Shown one piece after another: positions 31,959-44,857 of a stretch of 64,000 nucleotides of DNA. Source of the DNA: Piromyces finnis finn (Eukaryota > Fungi > Neocallimastigomycota); NCBI GenBank assembly GCA_002104945.1, contig MCFH01000013.1, forward strand, positions 62,001-126,000, in the 5' to 3' direction. Below the pieces are notes generated by a model that saw only the letters and a list, made by a program, of their open reading frames with translations, did not search any database and was not told where the DNA came from. The number at the start of each line of letters is the position of its first letter. The first letter of the stretch is position 1. Position numbers and translations under genes: made by a program.

Positions 31959-34839
31959 ATGAAAATGGATTTTACTTCTCTTTTGTATTATTTATTTGTC
32001 TATATTATATATAAGACAAAAGATCTCAGTACTATCAAAAGTAGCTCATTTTGTGGTGCTTCTAATACCTGTTTTAAAAAAGCTAGAGCATGCAAAACTT
32101 ATTATTACACCGATTATAATAAATATTCAACTTGTGTTACTGAAAAGCTTTTTCGTAATAATATAGAATTTACTGAAAAAGATGCATTTATGAATAAATT
32201 TTATGAAGCATTTAATGTTTCAAATTATGCTGAAAGAAGCAGAAATATCTATTTTGAATTAATACTTCATATATTAAAATTATCAGCTTATGAACCAAAA
32301 TATCAAAGCTTATTTGATAATGTATATCATTCAATCGCTATTGATTTTGATAATTTATATTTTGATCAATCCACAGTTAATGATGACAATTATAATGAAG
32401 TAGCTGAAATATTATATTATAATGATTTAATTAGTAATCAAACCATTTCTGATTCCTATAAAAGATTTTATAATAAAAGTATGGTTAGTGAAAATTTAAC
32501 TTCTATTTATAATATCTTAAATGACAAATATTTCGGAAATACTTTGGACACTAGCGATATCGAATGGATAATCAACAACTTTAATAAGTATAATTTGGAA
32601 TCTCTTGTACTTAAAAAAGATTTAAATAAAACAATGATTTCCGAATTTAATGAAAAATATTTATTAAATTATGATAATTCATTGAATATTTACGATTTGA
32701 TTAAGAATATGGAAAATAAAGAAGTAAGCGAACATAATATTTTTGATATGATTATTAATATTAGTAAAATTCTAGGTAAAAATATTAATATAAAGTATAT
32801 TTTTACTAAGAATAATAAAAGCATGGATAAAATAGATATAGAATCTATTTATCCAAATTGTAAATACTTTGCTGAAACTATTTACAATTTAATATATGAC
32901 TATTATAATTATATTTTATTAAATTATAATAGAGATAATGAAGATGACATCCAAGATTTCAACCCTATATATAACGTTGCGGAAAATAAAATAAACTTCA
33001 CTTTAAAATTTGGAAACACTATTAACATTTTAAATGAAAATAATTTCTATGAATCTATATATAACCCAATTATTTCTTTAAAAAAAAGATATCCAAAAAA
33101 TTTGTATATTTTAAATTCTTTTAATTTAGTACAAAAAATCCAGAACTACATTATTAGCAATTCTGAATTAAAAGAAATTAATAAAGAAATTGTTGATTAT
33201 AATATAGACATAGACTATAATATAGATATTACTGAAATTTTAGATATATATCTTAGGAAAAATACCTTTAAGTATTTAATTGATAATGAAGAATTAAATA
33301 TCTATGCTGGTGATTTAAAAGATTATATTTCTGATACATGTAAAAAATACAATAAAGATAAAGAAAAATACAAATTTTATGCTTTATCTGTTATTGAATT
33401 AGAAGATTATTATAATCAAATTTACGGGGATGAAGATGAAATAACTTATTCAGATATATGTACTGATAACTATGAAAAAATTATTAATAAGTTAGAAGAT
33501 TATAATTTAGATTTGATTGATAATGATCAATTAGAAGAAGACTTTATTAATACCTTTAGTGATATTTATGAATATTTAATAGTATCAAGTGAAATTAATA
33601 AATATATAAATGAAAATCATGATAGTATTCTAGATAAATTTTTAAATGGCGAAACCAAGTCCATAGAAGGTCTTGATAATTATACAGTAGAAAAAATTCG
33701 TAATAAAATTTATGATGATTATCTAAAAAATAAGAATCCAATTAAGAATGCTTTGAAAGATGCTATGTTTACTATCTCCAAACCCGAGTTTATCATATTA
33801 GAAGCTTTAAGAATTTTTTTAAAAAGTTTTGAAATCGGTTTACAAGAATTGGGTAATAGTGCTGAAGTTTTTTTAAATGGTGAAGGTGAAATCCATGATA
33901 GAGGAAGAGCGTATTTTTATACTTCTTTAAGTAGAAGAATTACTTTTAAAAGATATACTTTAAAATTTACAGATCGTGAATACTATAATACTTTTAAAAA
34001 AATATAGAAAATTTAATGGTCTGGGCTCTCACCCACAAGCAAATTTATTAAATTTAATAAGAGAGTACAATGGGCTACAAATAGATAATAATAAAAAATT
34101 TAAATTTACTGAGAGTATTAATGGAAATTCAGTTATATTTGAATATAATGTAGGTAATAATGTAGATGACGTATATAAAAATAAAAAAAAGTTTATGAAA
34201 AAAATGCTGGATCTTTCCTCAGATGTAAAAATTGATGCTGATTTAAAGAAGAAAAAAATAAGAGAATCTGATATGCCGGAAAATGAAAAAGATAAGGAAA
34301 TTGATAAAATTAACAAAGAATCTGCTGATTTAACTAATTATATTATAACCCTTGGTATTGTCGGATCTGAACAAGAGTTAAATTTTTCAAAAGATATTTC
34401 TGGTGTTACTGTTGAAGACCTTTTAAATGACTCAGAAAATAGTATTTTGAAAAAAATAAGTGAAGCCCCATCTACTTATAAAGTTTATTACAGATTTATT
34501 GAACATATTATAAAAACTGAAATTGATTCAAAAAATGAAGGCGTCAATAAAAGCAAGGTTTCAGAATGTATCCTTAAATTATTGTCTAATGTTAATCAGA
34601 TTAAACAAATTAATAATAAATATTCAAAAACAAAAGAAAGTGCTGTTAACGTATCAAATGCTGATTTTGATATGGAATCTACTATAATTAATAATGCCGA
34701 ATCACTTGAAAAATACGTTAATATAAATTTAACAGATCTTAAAAAGAATAATAATCTAAGATTGAAAGGTAAAAATTACTTAAGAAAAATTGTTAAAAAA
34801 AACAAGCAAAATCAAAATAAAATAAAAAAAAACAAATAA
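31959..34839 (+). CDS. Orphan putative secreted/membrane protein (~959 aa); ORFs 31959..34007 and 33976..34839 are probably one gene split by a homopolymer frameshift
   Basis: Hydrophobic N-terminus (FTSLLYYLFVYIIY) followed by a Cys-containing segment. Removing one A from the A7 run at 33996-34002 gives ...YNTFKK|YRKFNG in frame. Confidence 0.65.
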
Positions 34840-35149
34840 AGTAAAAACTAATGAAAATTAAATAAAATGAAAAAAAAAATATGAAATAAATAAAAATATA
34901 ATATAAAAAAAATTAAATGAAAAGCAAAAAAAAAAAAAAAAAGAAAACAAAAATAAAAATATAAAAATAAAAGTAAAATAAAAAGAAAAGTAAGAAAAAT
35001 AAACAAGTAAATAGTAAAAATGAAATAAAATTTACTTATATAAATTTATTTCTACAAATATTAATATATAATTAGATGTATATATGAGTGTTTCATTATT
35101 TAATTGATTTTTTACTAGTAATATTTAAATATTGAATTATTAAAATACT

Positions 35150-35800
35150 TAATGGTTTATACTTATTTTTTGAGATTTTCCCTTTTAATTATAATAAATC
35201 TGCATATTTCTTATATCTTTTGTAGTCCTTTAATACCTTATTAAATATTTCAAGTAATCCTTTATTTGGAATATAAATTTCTTTTTTTTTTTTTTTTTAC
35301 TTCTCTTTATTATATTTCGAAATTCCATTAACCATCATTAATAAAAATATTTCATTTTTCATTATTTCTTCATCTTTAATTCCATTATTAATACCTACTT
35401 CTAATTCCTTTTGCCTATTTTCAACAGTACACAGTACATTCTTTTAATTCTATTCATATTTCACTATCCTACATCATAAAAAACATTCTTTTACTTCAAG
35501 TATATCAATGATTATCCTTCATTCTTTTACTACATTCATAGATCCTGTTTCTTTTCAATAATTACAATTTATTATTATTATCAAATGCAAAAACAATAAA
35601 TTAAATATTTTTTCCCCATCATTACTTGTACCTGTTATACCATTCTTCTAACTCTTCATATATCAAAGGTTTATTTTCATTACAAAGTTTTTCATTTCTT
35701 TTTTGGTAAAATCAAAATATTTATAATACTTTTCTCCATCAATTATTGTATATTTATTCTTTTTTTTTCGGAATACATTGACCTATCTATATTAATAATA
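35150..35800 (-). pseudogene. Possible decayed retroelement integrase relic
   Basis: Stop-interrupted minus-strand reading ...ELEVGI...FLLMMVNGISKY... resembles the integrase core start (xxxDL...YILVMVDHFSKY). The resemblance was judged by eye only. Confidence 0.3.
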
Positions 35801-38800
35801 TCTTTTCTCATTTTTTTATTTTCAATTTGTTTTATAATATCTTCACATTCCTTTAAAAGACAGCTTTTGATATAATTATGATCTTTTTTTTTCCTCTTTA
35901 TAATTTATTTTTTCATCGTATTTTGTATTTTTTTTAAAAAAGTTTAACTTCAATTAAAATATATTCTTTTTTTTATTATTATTAAAATATTTTTCAATAA
36001 GAAATCTGAAATCATATCTACTATATCCACTATTTTCTTCTGAGGTTAAACCCCTAATTTTTAAAAAAACAAAAATATTTACAATAAGCATTTTCATACA
36101 TTTTAGATTAATCATACATGTTGTGATTCAAGTGATACGCACTTAATTTTGATAAATATTCATTTAAATTTTTATAAACTCTTTTAACATCTTTTTCAAA
36201 AAGGCCATTAATAAAATTATTTATTATTTGTTATTTCTAATTTATCTTCTATAATAGTTTTTAATAACGCAATAAAATTTTCTAAAAATTTCCCATTCGG
36301 AATTTTAACATATTTCATATTATTATCAATTTATCGATATAACATACTATTTTTGTATTTTTTAATTTGATTCTTTTCAGTTGATTTGGTTTTATCTAAT
36401 GATAGTTTATTTTACCATCAATGCTTTTATACCCATTATACCACTTTTCTATATCATCATATTTTAGGGGTTTCTATTCTATATTTTTCTCTATTTAAAC
36501 AATTATCATTCATTATAAAAATAACATTTTTTATAATGAATGATAATATTTATAAATTTATATTTTTTATAACTATGATCACTTTCATTATTATTCTCTT
36601 CATTATCAGAAAAATAATAATCATAATAATATATAATGATTAAAACTTTTATTATTTTATTTCTATGTTTATAATATTTATTTTTCCTATTGAAAATAAA
36701 AGAACATATATATAATCATTACTTAAAATATCATTCAATTGATTATAAATTTAATTGAAAAATATAAATTTATAAATATTTTATCGTCTTTTTCACTACT
36801 TTTTTTATTTTTAAAAATAATTTCTATATTATCCATAAATCATTCTAATACTACTTTTAAATTTAGAACATTGTTTTTTGTTTTTATTTAATTTCATATA
36901 ATAGTTATCCTTCATCACATCTTTACATTTTCATTTTCAATTTCAGTTTCTTTTTTTATGTAAATGCATTCTTTTTCAACACTATATTTAATAATATATT
37001 GATCTAGGTTGTTCCTATGATTTTTGTTTATTATTGCAAATAGTATTTAATGTTTACCACTAATATATAATTTTTATTCATACTTCGAAATAGACATTGA
37101 ACTCCTCCCATTTCATATTTTATATATATTAATAATATTTTTCTCATTTTTTCTAAATATTAATTTTAATGAATTTATAGTATAATTATATAGTACTCAT
37201 TAACATTTTACGAGATTTTATATAAACTATTAAAATAACATTTTTCATTCAACAATTTTTAGTATTTAATATTATTTCTATTAATATTAAATTGATATAT
37301 CCTAGTCTATATTTACATACATATTTAAAATTTATTAGCATTACTTAAAATAAATCCTCGTCATTCTTGACATATTTTATAAAGTAAGCTTCCTATAAAA
37401 TTGTATTGAATTCTACTCTGATTAGTATAAGTTACATTGTACTATGAATCATTTTTTGTTATTTATAGACATCTGTTTTTTCATGATTTCCAAATAATTA
37501 TTTATCCATTCAATTATTCAATATTGTTTATTTTTAAAAAATTCTTTTATTACTAATTTTTTAAATATTCAACTTCATTCTATTGTTATTACTTGAGGTC
37601 CGTATTTTTCCTTTAACTAAGTTTTCTATACTACAACATCCTTTTATTATTAATTCATATAAATATTCCTTCAATAAATTATTATCTTGTATTTTTAAGT
37701 AATTTAATTATATTATTCTTTTAATAATAATAGAAAATAAAGTCTATGATTATTATTTTTCTTACATTGATAATATAAATAAAACTTTATTGAAAAAATA
37801 AATAAATTAGTATTACTGTCAACTTTTTCTTTTTTAATTAAATAACTCGCATTATATCTGTTTTTCTCAGAAAAAGTAGAATTTTTTAATATTTATATAT
37901 ATTAATACTAAGTATAAAGTTATTATCTTTTAATTATATACATAATTATAATATAAATATCCTTTATGTTACTATTAATATTTTATTAAACTATAATTTT
38001 TTTGGCTTTTAAATTAAAAAATGGTGAAAGTTATTACTTTAAATTAAATATTTTTTATATTAATTTTTATCAAAATATATACATATATCAAAAATTAAGT
38101 CATATCTTTGATCATTAGAACAATACGTATATTAAATGTTATTACATTCGCAAAATATTTCTTTATAGTATTTATAATTATCAACATTTATATCATAGCA
38201 TAAATAGCCTTTATTCATTAATATATTCGGAAGTACAAGTTATTTTAACAACACAAACTTTTTTTTAAATCTAATCTAATCTTTAAATATTTGCTGAATT
38301 TTAAGCTCATGAACAAGTTATCATTGATAGATATTAATGTTCCATTAATTTACTCATATTTTTGACATGATATAAATGTTTATTATCCAATTTTTTATAT
38401 ACTATGATATACTATAATAAATTATTTTCCAAATTCATCGCTAAACAACATTTTTTATATCTTTAAGAATATTTATTCTATTTATATTTTAATTTTTTAA
38501 AAAAAAAAAAAAAGGGTGTTTAGTGCATTATATTCTTATAGATGTTATAAATAGTCTTTATAATTCATCGAGATTATATTTAGTAAAAATAATCTATATA
38601 AAGCAATTTCATCTATGGCTCTATATAACTTTTAAATATATATATTTCCTATACTTTTTAACTATAAACACACTTTTTCGTTAAAATATTATAACTTCAA
38701 AATAAATAACCTTTGGAAATACTAATTTTTTTTTTCCTACTAACTAATTTAATAGAAATTCTTGTTGATAAAAAGAATCAAATTTTATTAATTTTTTATA

Positions 38801-39311
38801 AGTAAAACTTTAAAAAGTTTAAAATTTTTAAATAATACTTTATTTTAATCAAATACTTTCGTTGTGATTGAGTTAATTGAATAACAAATATTAATTAAAT
38901 AAAATAATATTTTTTTTTTTTTTGTTATGTGTTATTATTTCAATTTGTATTGTTTTACATCTATTTTTTAGAATTATATGTTTAAAAAAAAAGTTTAATA
39001 TCAAGATTCCTATTCAAGATTAAATTATATTTTAGAACAAATTGTATTTCCAAATCATTCTTTTATTTTAATAAAACAAGACATTTAATATCATGCGCCA
39101 CTTCCATGTACTTTTTTTTCAATAACGGCAACAAACAATTTGAAACTTTCATTATATTAAAACTTGATACACATGTAACCATAAAAAAAAAAAAAGTTAA
39201 ACCATATTTAATACAAATTAAAAAATAAAAAAAGGAATTTTTTTATATTTGACAATATTGATAATGTGTCGTTTTATTGTTTTATCTTTTAAATATTATA
39301 TTTTTAGTTAG

Positions 39312-39368
<57 letters not shown>

Positions 39369-39606
39369 GGCATCAAATATTTTAACCTTTATTATTAATT
39401 TAATTAAAATTATAATACATGTAATATAAAAAAATAAAAATAAAAATAAAAATAAAAAAAATATGTTTAAATAAACACAAATGAATAAAAATTGGGTATA
39501 ATGTATTCTAGTAATTTTAATTAAAGTAAGAAAGCCACTATCATACTAAAGTAAAATAATTGTATTTGACTTCCAATGGGACACCGAGCCAAAGATCAAA
39601 ATTTTG

Positions 39607-42600
39607 TCATGGAACAAAATTATGATCTCCATTGGTTGCGCTGGCCCTCCTGGCCTGTCTTACTGTTTCTTCAGCATTGACGCTCTTGGATGTTGCTTCA
39701 AACCTTTTGAACATTGTCCATTGCTGGCCAATAGCAAAAGGCATGATTTTGGTTAGAAGTTCCGCGGTTACCGTCAAGAATGGTGTTCCTTCGTTAGTAC
39801 CAGATTGAATCTGACGCTTACAAAGTTCTTTCCATTCCCTTGAATTGTAATTAATATTGTTAAAACTTCTTCCCCCAAGAAGGAATTTAAATATTTTACT
39901 GCACACACTAGAATAATCATACACATTAATATTCACCGGATTATTAGAACTATTACTATCATTAACTAAATTACTATCTAAATTAGAATTATTATCTTCA
40001 CTATTGCTATCATTACTAATATTATTATTTCTATTATTGTTATTATTACTATTGTTACTATTACTATTGTTACTATTACTATTGTTATTACTACTATTGT
40101 TACTATTACTATTAATGTTATTGCTATCTCTACTGATATTATCAATTTCATTATTATTGATAGGACTATTGGAATTACGTTGACTGAAAAAATTTAATAG
40201 CTGGACTATGGAATCATAATGTTTAATACGGATATCTCTAAATGTTGGACAATCTAATAACCAATGTTTAATACTTTGATCTCCACACTTGCAACATGGA
40301 CAGTAGTTAGGACAAACTGGATCAACAAATTTGGCAGCTTTGGCAACTCTAGCATCCAACTTGTATCCGCTTCTTGCTTTCAATAGCCAGTAGAAGCCAT
40401 AGGCAAACTCTGGGTACTCATAACATAATTTAATAAAATCTTTAGTTTCAATAAATTTATTATCATCATAATATTGCGCTTTGATTGAATTCCCTTTGAG
40501 ATCTTTCCAATAAAAGTTTTTAACTGCTTTAACATCTCCATGTTTCTTTAATTTTTTATCAAGTGTCCTACTTGATTTGCACCACGTGTATTTTCTAAAT
40601 TTAGGAATGTAATTGACAAGGTGTGAGATAATACAATTTGAGTTTTTCCATTTGTTAAAACATCTAACCTGAGCTAACGCACATTTGGCTGACAATGGAG
40701 GAATATTCAAATCTTTTGAAATAGAGTATAAAGATATAAACGATACAGCTTTATGAACTCCGGCAACCCATCGTATTCCTTTGTTAACATGCTTCTGAGC
40801 AATCCTAGACCTAGCTTTGTTGGATCCAAGTAATGGTGCAAAGTATGAAACTCTGCTAATCACTTGTGAGTTAAGTACTAGTTTTTTGAAAGGAATAGGA
40901 ATATTAGGATTTCTTAAGAATTTACTGACTGAGAAAAGCCCTTTCAAAACCTTGTTATTAAGAGCTTTAATTACTGGTTTAAGGGACAGATTCTTATCAA
41001 ATGGAACACCAAGATAAGTATAACAATCAGTAGTTGGAATGGGTTGTCCTGCTAAGTAAAATGTTGGATCTCTCTTGTTCTGATTTTCTATTGATTCAGG
41101 ACGAATCACCATCGTTGAACATTTCTGGATACCAAATTCCATTTCATTATACAAGGCCCATTCATTAACTCTTCTAAGCATCTTTTTTAAGCATCCTCTT
41201 GTTGGAGCACAAATAACTATATCATCTGCAAAAAGTCCACCACAGCATCGAGTGTCACCTAAACTGACTCCGAGATCTTCACACTCTTTAAATATATCAT
41301 TAATAAAGAGATTAAAGAGAATAGGAGAAAGTGGGCAACCTTGACGGACTCCTTTCTTCACATCAAAAGATTTCGAGAATTGTCCATCTAATTTGACATT
41401 AGCCTTAGATGTTAAATATAAATTTTTGATAAATTGTAAACTCTTACCTCGGATTCCTAAACAATCTAATTTATGGAGAATATTACCGATTGGGACTGAA
41501 TCGTATGCTTTCCTGAGATCTAAAAAGGCCAAATATGTCTCTTTATTATCTAATTGACGTCTACGGCATATTTCTTGGATTGAAATGAAAAGACTAATAC
41601 TTTCTTCCTTTTTTCGAAAACCAAATTGTTCAGGTCTAATGAAATTATTCTTTAAACCATATTCTGAGATTCTAGTGGTGACAATTTTGGAAATCAACTT
41701 AATACCATTATTGATAAGTGATATACCTCGATAGTTATCACAATCTGTCAAATCTCCCTTCTTAGGAATAGAAACAATACTGGATTCATTCCATGAGTTG
41801 GGGAAATCTCCATCCCAAATACGGTTGAATAATTTAAGAATAAAATTTAAACCATGAGCATCATTATCTGAAGTAGTATTACCAGAAGAATTATTATCTG
41901 TAGCATTATTAGAATCATTACTTGATGGAACTAATGCTTTGTAAAATTCAATTGGAATACCATCCGGACCAGATGCTTTATAATTTGGAGTAGAGAGGAT
42001 AGCTGACTTGACTTCATCAATACTAATATCTTGGTTGATATCCCACTCATCAAGCATAGGAAGTGAAAAACGTTTATTCATTGGTTCTTCATACCAATGC
42101 TCCAAATCAAGACTTACACCACTTGGATCTGATGCAAGGTTTTCGAAATGATCATGCCACACTTCTAGTTGTTCTTCCGTAGCAACAACTAATTCTCCAT
42201 TTTTATTTTTAATTGGTTGAGCAATAAAGAAAGAATCTTTTCCAATTTTTGCAGTTTTCTTGATCCATTTCCAGGCCTTCTTAGGATTATGACTCTTCAT
42301 ATACTCACATCCTGTTTTAATCCAATGAAGATATTCTTGCTTCCTAAATTCATTACATCTTTTGTGGATGTAATCAATGAGTTTACGGTAGATTTTAATT
42401 CTTTTAATAAATTCATCTATATCATAAATTCTTTCTTTTTTAAATCTCTTATACAACTTCATTTTGATTTTTTGGAGATTAAAAATTTGTTGTGAAATAT
42501 GAAATGAAGACTTTATAACATTATTTGCTGAGGTAATACTGAGCTCGTCTGCAATTGAAAAAGCAGTTGAAGTAAACTCTTTGGAAAGTTCATCTGTAGA

Positions 42601-44142
42601 AACATTAGGATCGTTGAATTTTGCTGAAAGAATTTGGAATTTATTATGACTGAGAATAGATTCCTTTTCCTCAATACATTTTAATCTATTCCATTTCAGA
42701 ATTTTCTTAGGAACATTAAAGTCATTAGAAAAATCTTCCATAGGAATAATTTTACCATTAATAAGAAGTGGCTTATGGTCTGATACAGGATAAAAATTAT
42801 TTATAAATGATCCTGAGTGAATAAGATCTTTCATCTTCGAATTGATAAGAGCATGGTCAATGTCGGAAGATTGATCACCTCGAGTCCAAGAGATAGTCGA
42901 CCCTCTAAGCGGAAGAATTTCCCAATCTCCTAATCCATTAGTTGATAACCAGTTGGATAATTTTACTTTAGACATATTAAAATCACCAACAAGAATCGAT
43001 GGATGGGATGAATGAGTTTGTAACCACAAGCGAACTTCTAACTTTGCATGATCAACATAGATGTTGTGATGACTATGAGGCATATAAACATTACCAATCG
43101 AGCATTTGAATCTATTCCAGAGACTAAAAGTATAAATAGAAATAATATACTTTCCAGAGAAGTTTTCAAGTGAGGCTTGACATGAATTGTGAAAACCTAA
43201 ATATAAACCTCTCATTCCCGGAACTGATTCGTCAGCTTTCTTGAAAAAGTGTCTATAGTTTCGCAAAGTAACACGACAAGGATAATCTGTATTCGATCCA
43301 GAACCATTACCAGTTTCTTGGAAACATAAGAATAATGGTTTGAAAATAGCTGTGAAATAGCTAATACTATCTCTCTTTTCGTGATTCCACCCATTGGTGT
43401 TCCAACTAAGACAAAAAGAAAAGTTATCAGGCTTGTTGGATGAGGAAGAATCGTTGCTATTATTATTATTATTAAAGTCATCGTTATTAATGGATGATGC
43501 ATCAGAGGAATAAGTAGAACTATTACTAGATGGCTGTGAAACTGAAGAACTATCAACTATTGAACTGTTATCAGAGTTGATAGAGCTATTAAAATTAAAT
43601 GTTGAATGTTGAGATTGAAATTGTGTTTGCTGTAGATCTGGAATATTTTCATGATTGGAAACTTGTTGAAGATCTTGTTGAAGATCTAGTTGAAGATCGG
43701 ATTGTTGATGAGATTGTTGAACTGATTGTTGAACTGATTGTTGAAATGATTGTTGAATAGAATGTTGATGTTTATTAGAAACTAAAATTTTACGTTTGAG
43801 AGTGGAAAAAGTGTATTTGTGATTCCTTCTACTACGAGCTGAAAAGGAAATTGAGGTAACTGAAAGTTTCTTCTTTAACATGTGTAAGATTTTAATACAA
43901 TCTTTCGATGAACCATGAACCTTGACTAAGAAAAAGTGATCATTGAAAGTCTGAAAATATTTAACACTAATAACTGAATTAAATTTATCTTCTAGAATAA
44001 CCTCGAGTTTTTCCCATAGCATATTTACTGACCATGATCGAATACCACGGATAAAGAAGGAGCGAATATCATCTAAGGGGATACCATAAGACCGGGTACC
44101 ACGTCTAATATAATTCTTGTCTTTAATATAAAGGACTGACAT
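39607..44142 (-). CDS. LINE polyprotein (1511 aa): N-terminal extension, AP endonuclease, reverse transcriptase, CCHC zinc knuckle
   Basis: SWNTNG, FQET, VGDFN, DIDH, SDHKP (APE); GPDGIP, YRGISL, QFGFR, FLDLRKAYDSV, GVRQGCPLSP, FADD, YLG (RT); CPCCKCGDQSIKHWLLDC (zinc knuckle). Confidence 0.95.
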   Translation of the reverse strand: MSVLYIKDKNYIRRGTRSYGIPLDDIRSFFIRGIRSWSVNMLWEKLEVILEDKFNSVISVKYFQTFNDHFFLVKVHGSSKDCIKILHMLKKKLSVTSISFSARSRRNHKYTFSTLKRKILVSNKHQHSIQQSFQQSVQQSVQQSHQQSDLQLDLQQDLQQVSNHENIPDLQQTQFQSQHSTFNFNSSINSDNSSIVDSSSVSQPSSNSSTYSSDASSINNDDFNNNNNSNDSSSSNKPDNFSFCLSWNTNGWNHEKRDSISYFTAIFKPLFLCFQETGNGSGSNTDYPCRVTLRNYRHFFKKADESVPGMRGLYLGFHNSCQASLENFSGKYIISIYTFSLWNRFKCSIGNVYMPHSHHNIYVDHAKLEVRLWLQTHSSHPSILVGDFNMSKVKLSNWLSTNGLGDWEILPLRGSTISWTRGDQSSDIDHALINSKMKDLIHSGSFINNFYPVSDHKPLLINGKIIPMEDFSNDFNVPKKILKWNRLKCIEEKESILSHNKFQILSAKFNDPNVSTDELSKEFTSTAFSIADELSITSANNVIKSSFHISQQIFNLQKIKMKLYKRFKKERIYDIDEFIKRIKIYRKLIDYIHKRCNEFRKQEYLHWIKTGCEYMKSHNPKKAWKWIKKTAKIGKDSFFIAQPIKNKNGELVVATEEQLEVWHDHFENLASDPSGVSLDLEHWYEEPMNKRFSLPMLDEWDINQDISIDEVKSAILSTPNYKASGPDGIPIEFYKALVPSSNDSNNATDNNSSGNTTSDNDAHGLNFILKLFNRIWDGDFPNSWNESSIVSIPKKGDLTDCDNYRGISLINNGIKLISKIVTTRISEYGLKNNFIRPEQFGFRKKEESISLFISIQEICRRRQLDNKETYLAFLDLRKAYDSVPIGNILHKLDCLGIRGKSLQFIKNLYLTSKANVKLDGQFSKSFDVKKGVRQGCPLSPILFNLFINDIFKECEDLGVSLGDTRCCGGLFADDIVICAPTRGCLKKMLRRVNEWALYNEMEFGIQKCSTMVIRPESIENQNKRDPTFYLAGQPIPTTDCYTYLGVPFDKNLSLKPVIKALNNKVLKGLFSVSKFLRNPNIPIPFKKLVLNSQVISRVSYFAPLLGSNKARSRIAQKHVNKGIRWVAGVHKAVSFISLYSISKDLNIPPLSAKCALAQVRCFNKWKNSNCIISHLVNYIPKFRKYTWCKSSRTLDKKLKKHGDVKAVKNFYWKDLKGNSIKAQYYDDNKFIETKDFIKLCYEYPEFAYGFYWLLKARSGYKLDARVAKAAKFVDPVCPNYCPCCKCGDQSIKHWLLDCPTFRDIRIKHYDSIVQLLNFFSQRNSNSPINNNEIDNISRDSNNINSNSNNSSNNNSNSNNSNSNNSNNNNNRNNNISNDSNSEDNNSNLDSNLVNDSNSSNNPVNINVYDYSSVCSKIFKFLLGGRSFNNINYNSREWKELCKRQIQSGTNEGTPFLTVTAELLTKIMPFAIGQQWTMFKRFEATSKSVNAEETVRQARRASATNGDHNFVP

Positions 44143-44751
44143 GATAATAAATTCTAATTAAAAATATTGAATATAAAATAAATACTAATAAAAATTATAA
44201 ATATAACGTATATGGAAAAAAAATCTGTCTCTCTCTCTCTTCTTAAAAGTACTGGATAGTACAAAAATTGTTACGATGCTTTGTTTAAAGTTTCTTTTTT
44301 TGAATTCTAGTTGTAAATTTTCTTTAAAAATTCTAGTTTTGGTTTGTTGTTAGTAAATTCGAATCGCTTTTTGACACTAAACTTGTTTGACTTTACTTTT
44401 CATTAAATATTTAAATTGGTAAAAAATTTGAATCAAGAATGTCGACACCAGAAAGCTTGTGACTAGTATTTTTACATGATGTAGAGTGAATCAGTCTCTT
44501 ACAAGAAACAATACAACAATAGCTACATGAATATAAAAATACAATGCAAATGCTAAAGTTGACTACATTGGATTCTTACAAGAGAAGAGTAGTACTACAT
44601 GAATACATGAATAAAAGAAAAAATACAGCAACAAAATGTATTACTCTTCTAATTAAATACTATACAAACTTACCTGAATATCAAACATTCAACTTATTCA
44701 TCAAATACTTAATTCGATGAATAAAATGTTTTTTAATCGCTCAGTACCATG

Positions 44752-44754
<3 letters not shown>

Positions 44755-44790
<36 letters not shown>

Positions 44791-44815
44791 GGCATCAAAT
44801 ATTTTAAACTTTATT
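44755..44815 (-). mobile_element. Extremely 5'-truncated copy of the same LINE family (28 nt of 3' end plus poly(A)), inserted in the LINE 5' UTR
   Basis: T33 + AACGGCATCAAATATTTTAAACTTTATT matches the LINE 3' end at 39366 with one substitution; TSD AGTACCATGAGC at 44743-44754 and 44816-44827. Confidence 0.9.
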
Positions 44816-44857
44816 AGTACCATGAGCTTAGTCCTAATAATTTTCCCTTAAAGACTA

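Noticed and set aside
36386-39300. Small ORFs and possible genes in AT-rich DNA (e.g. 36386..36643)
   Set aside because: The F/I/L/Y/K-biased translations are typical of random AT-rich sequence.
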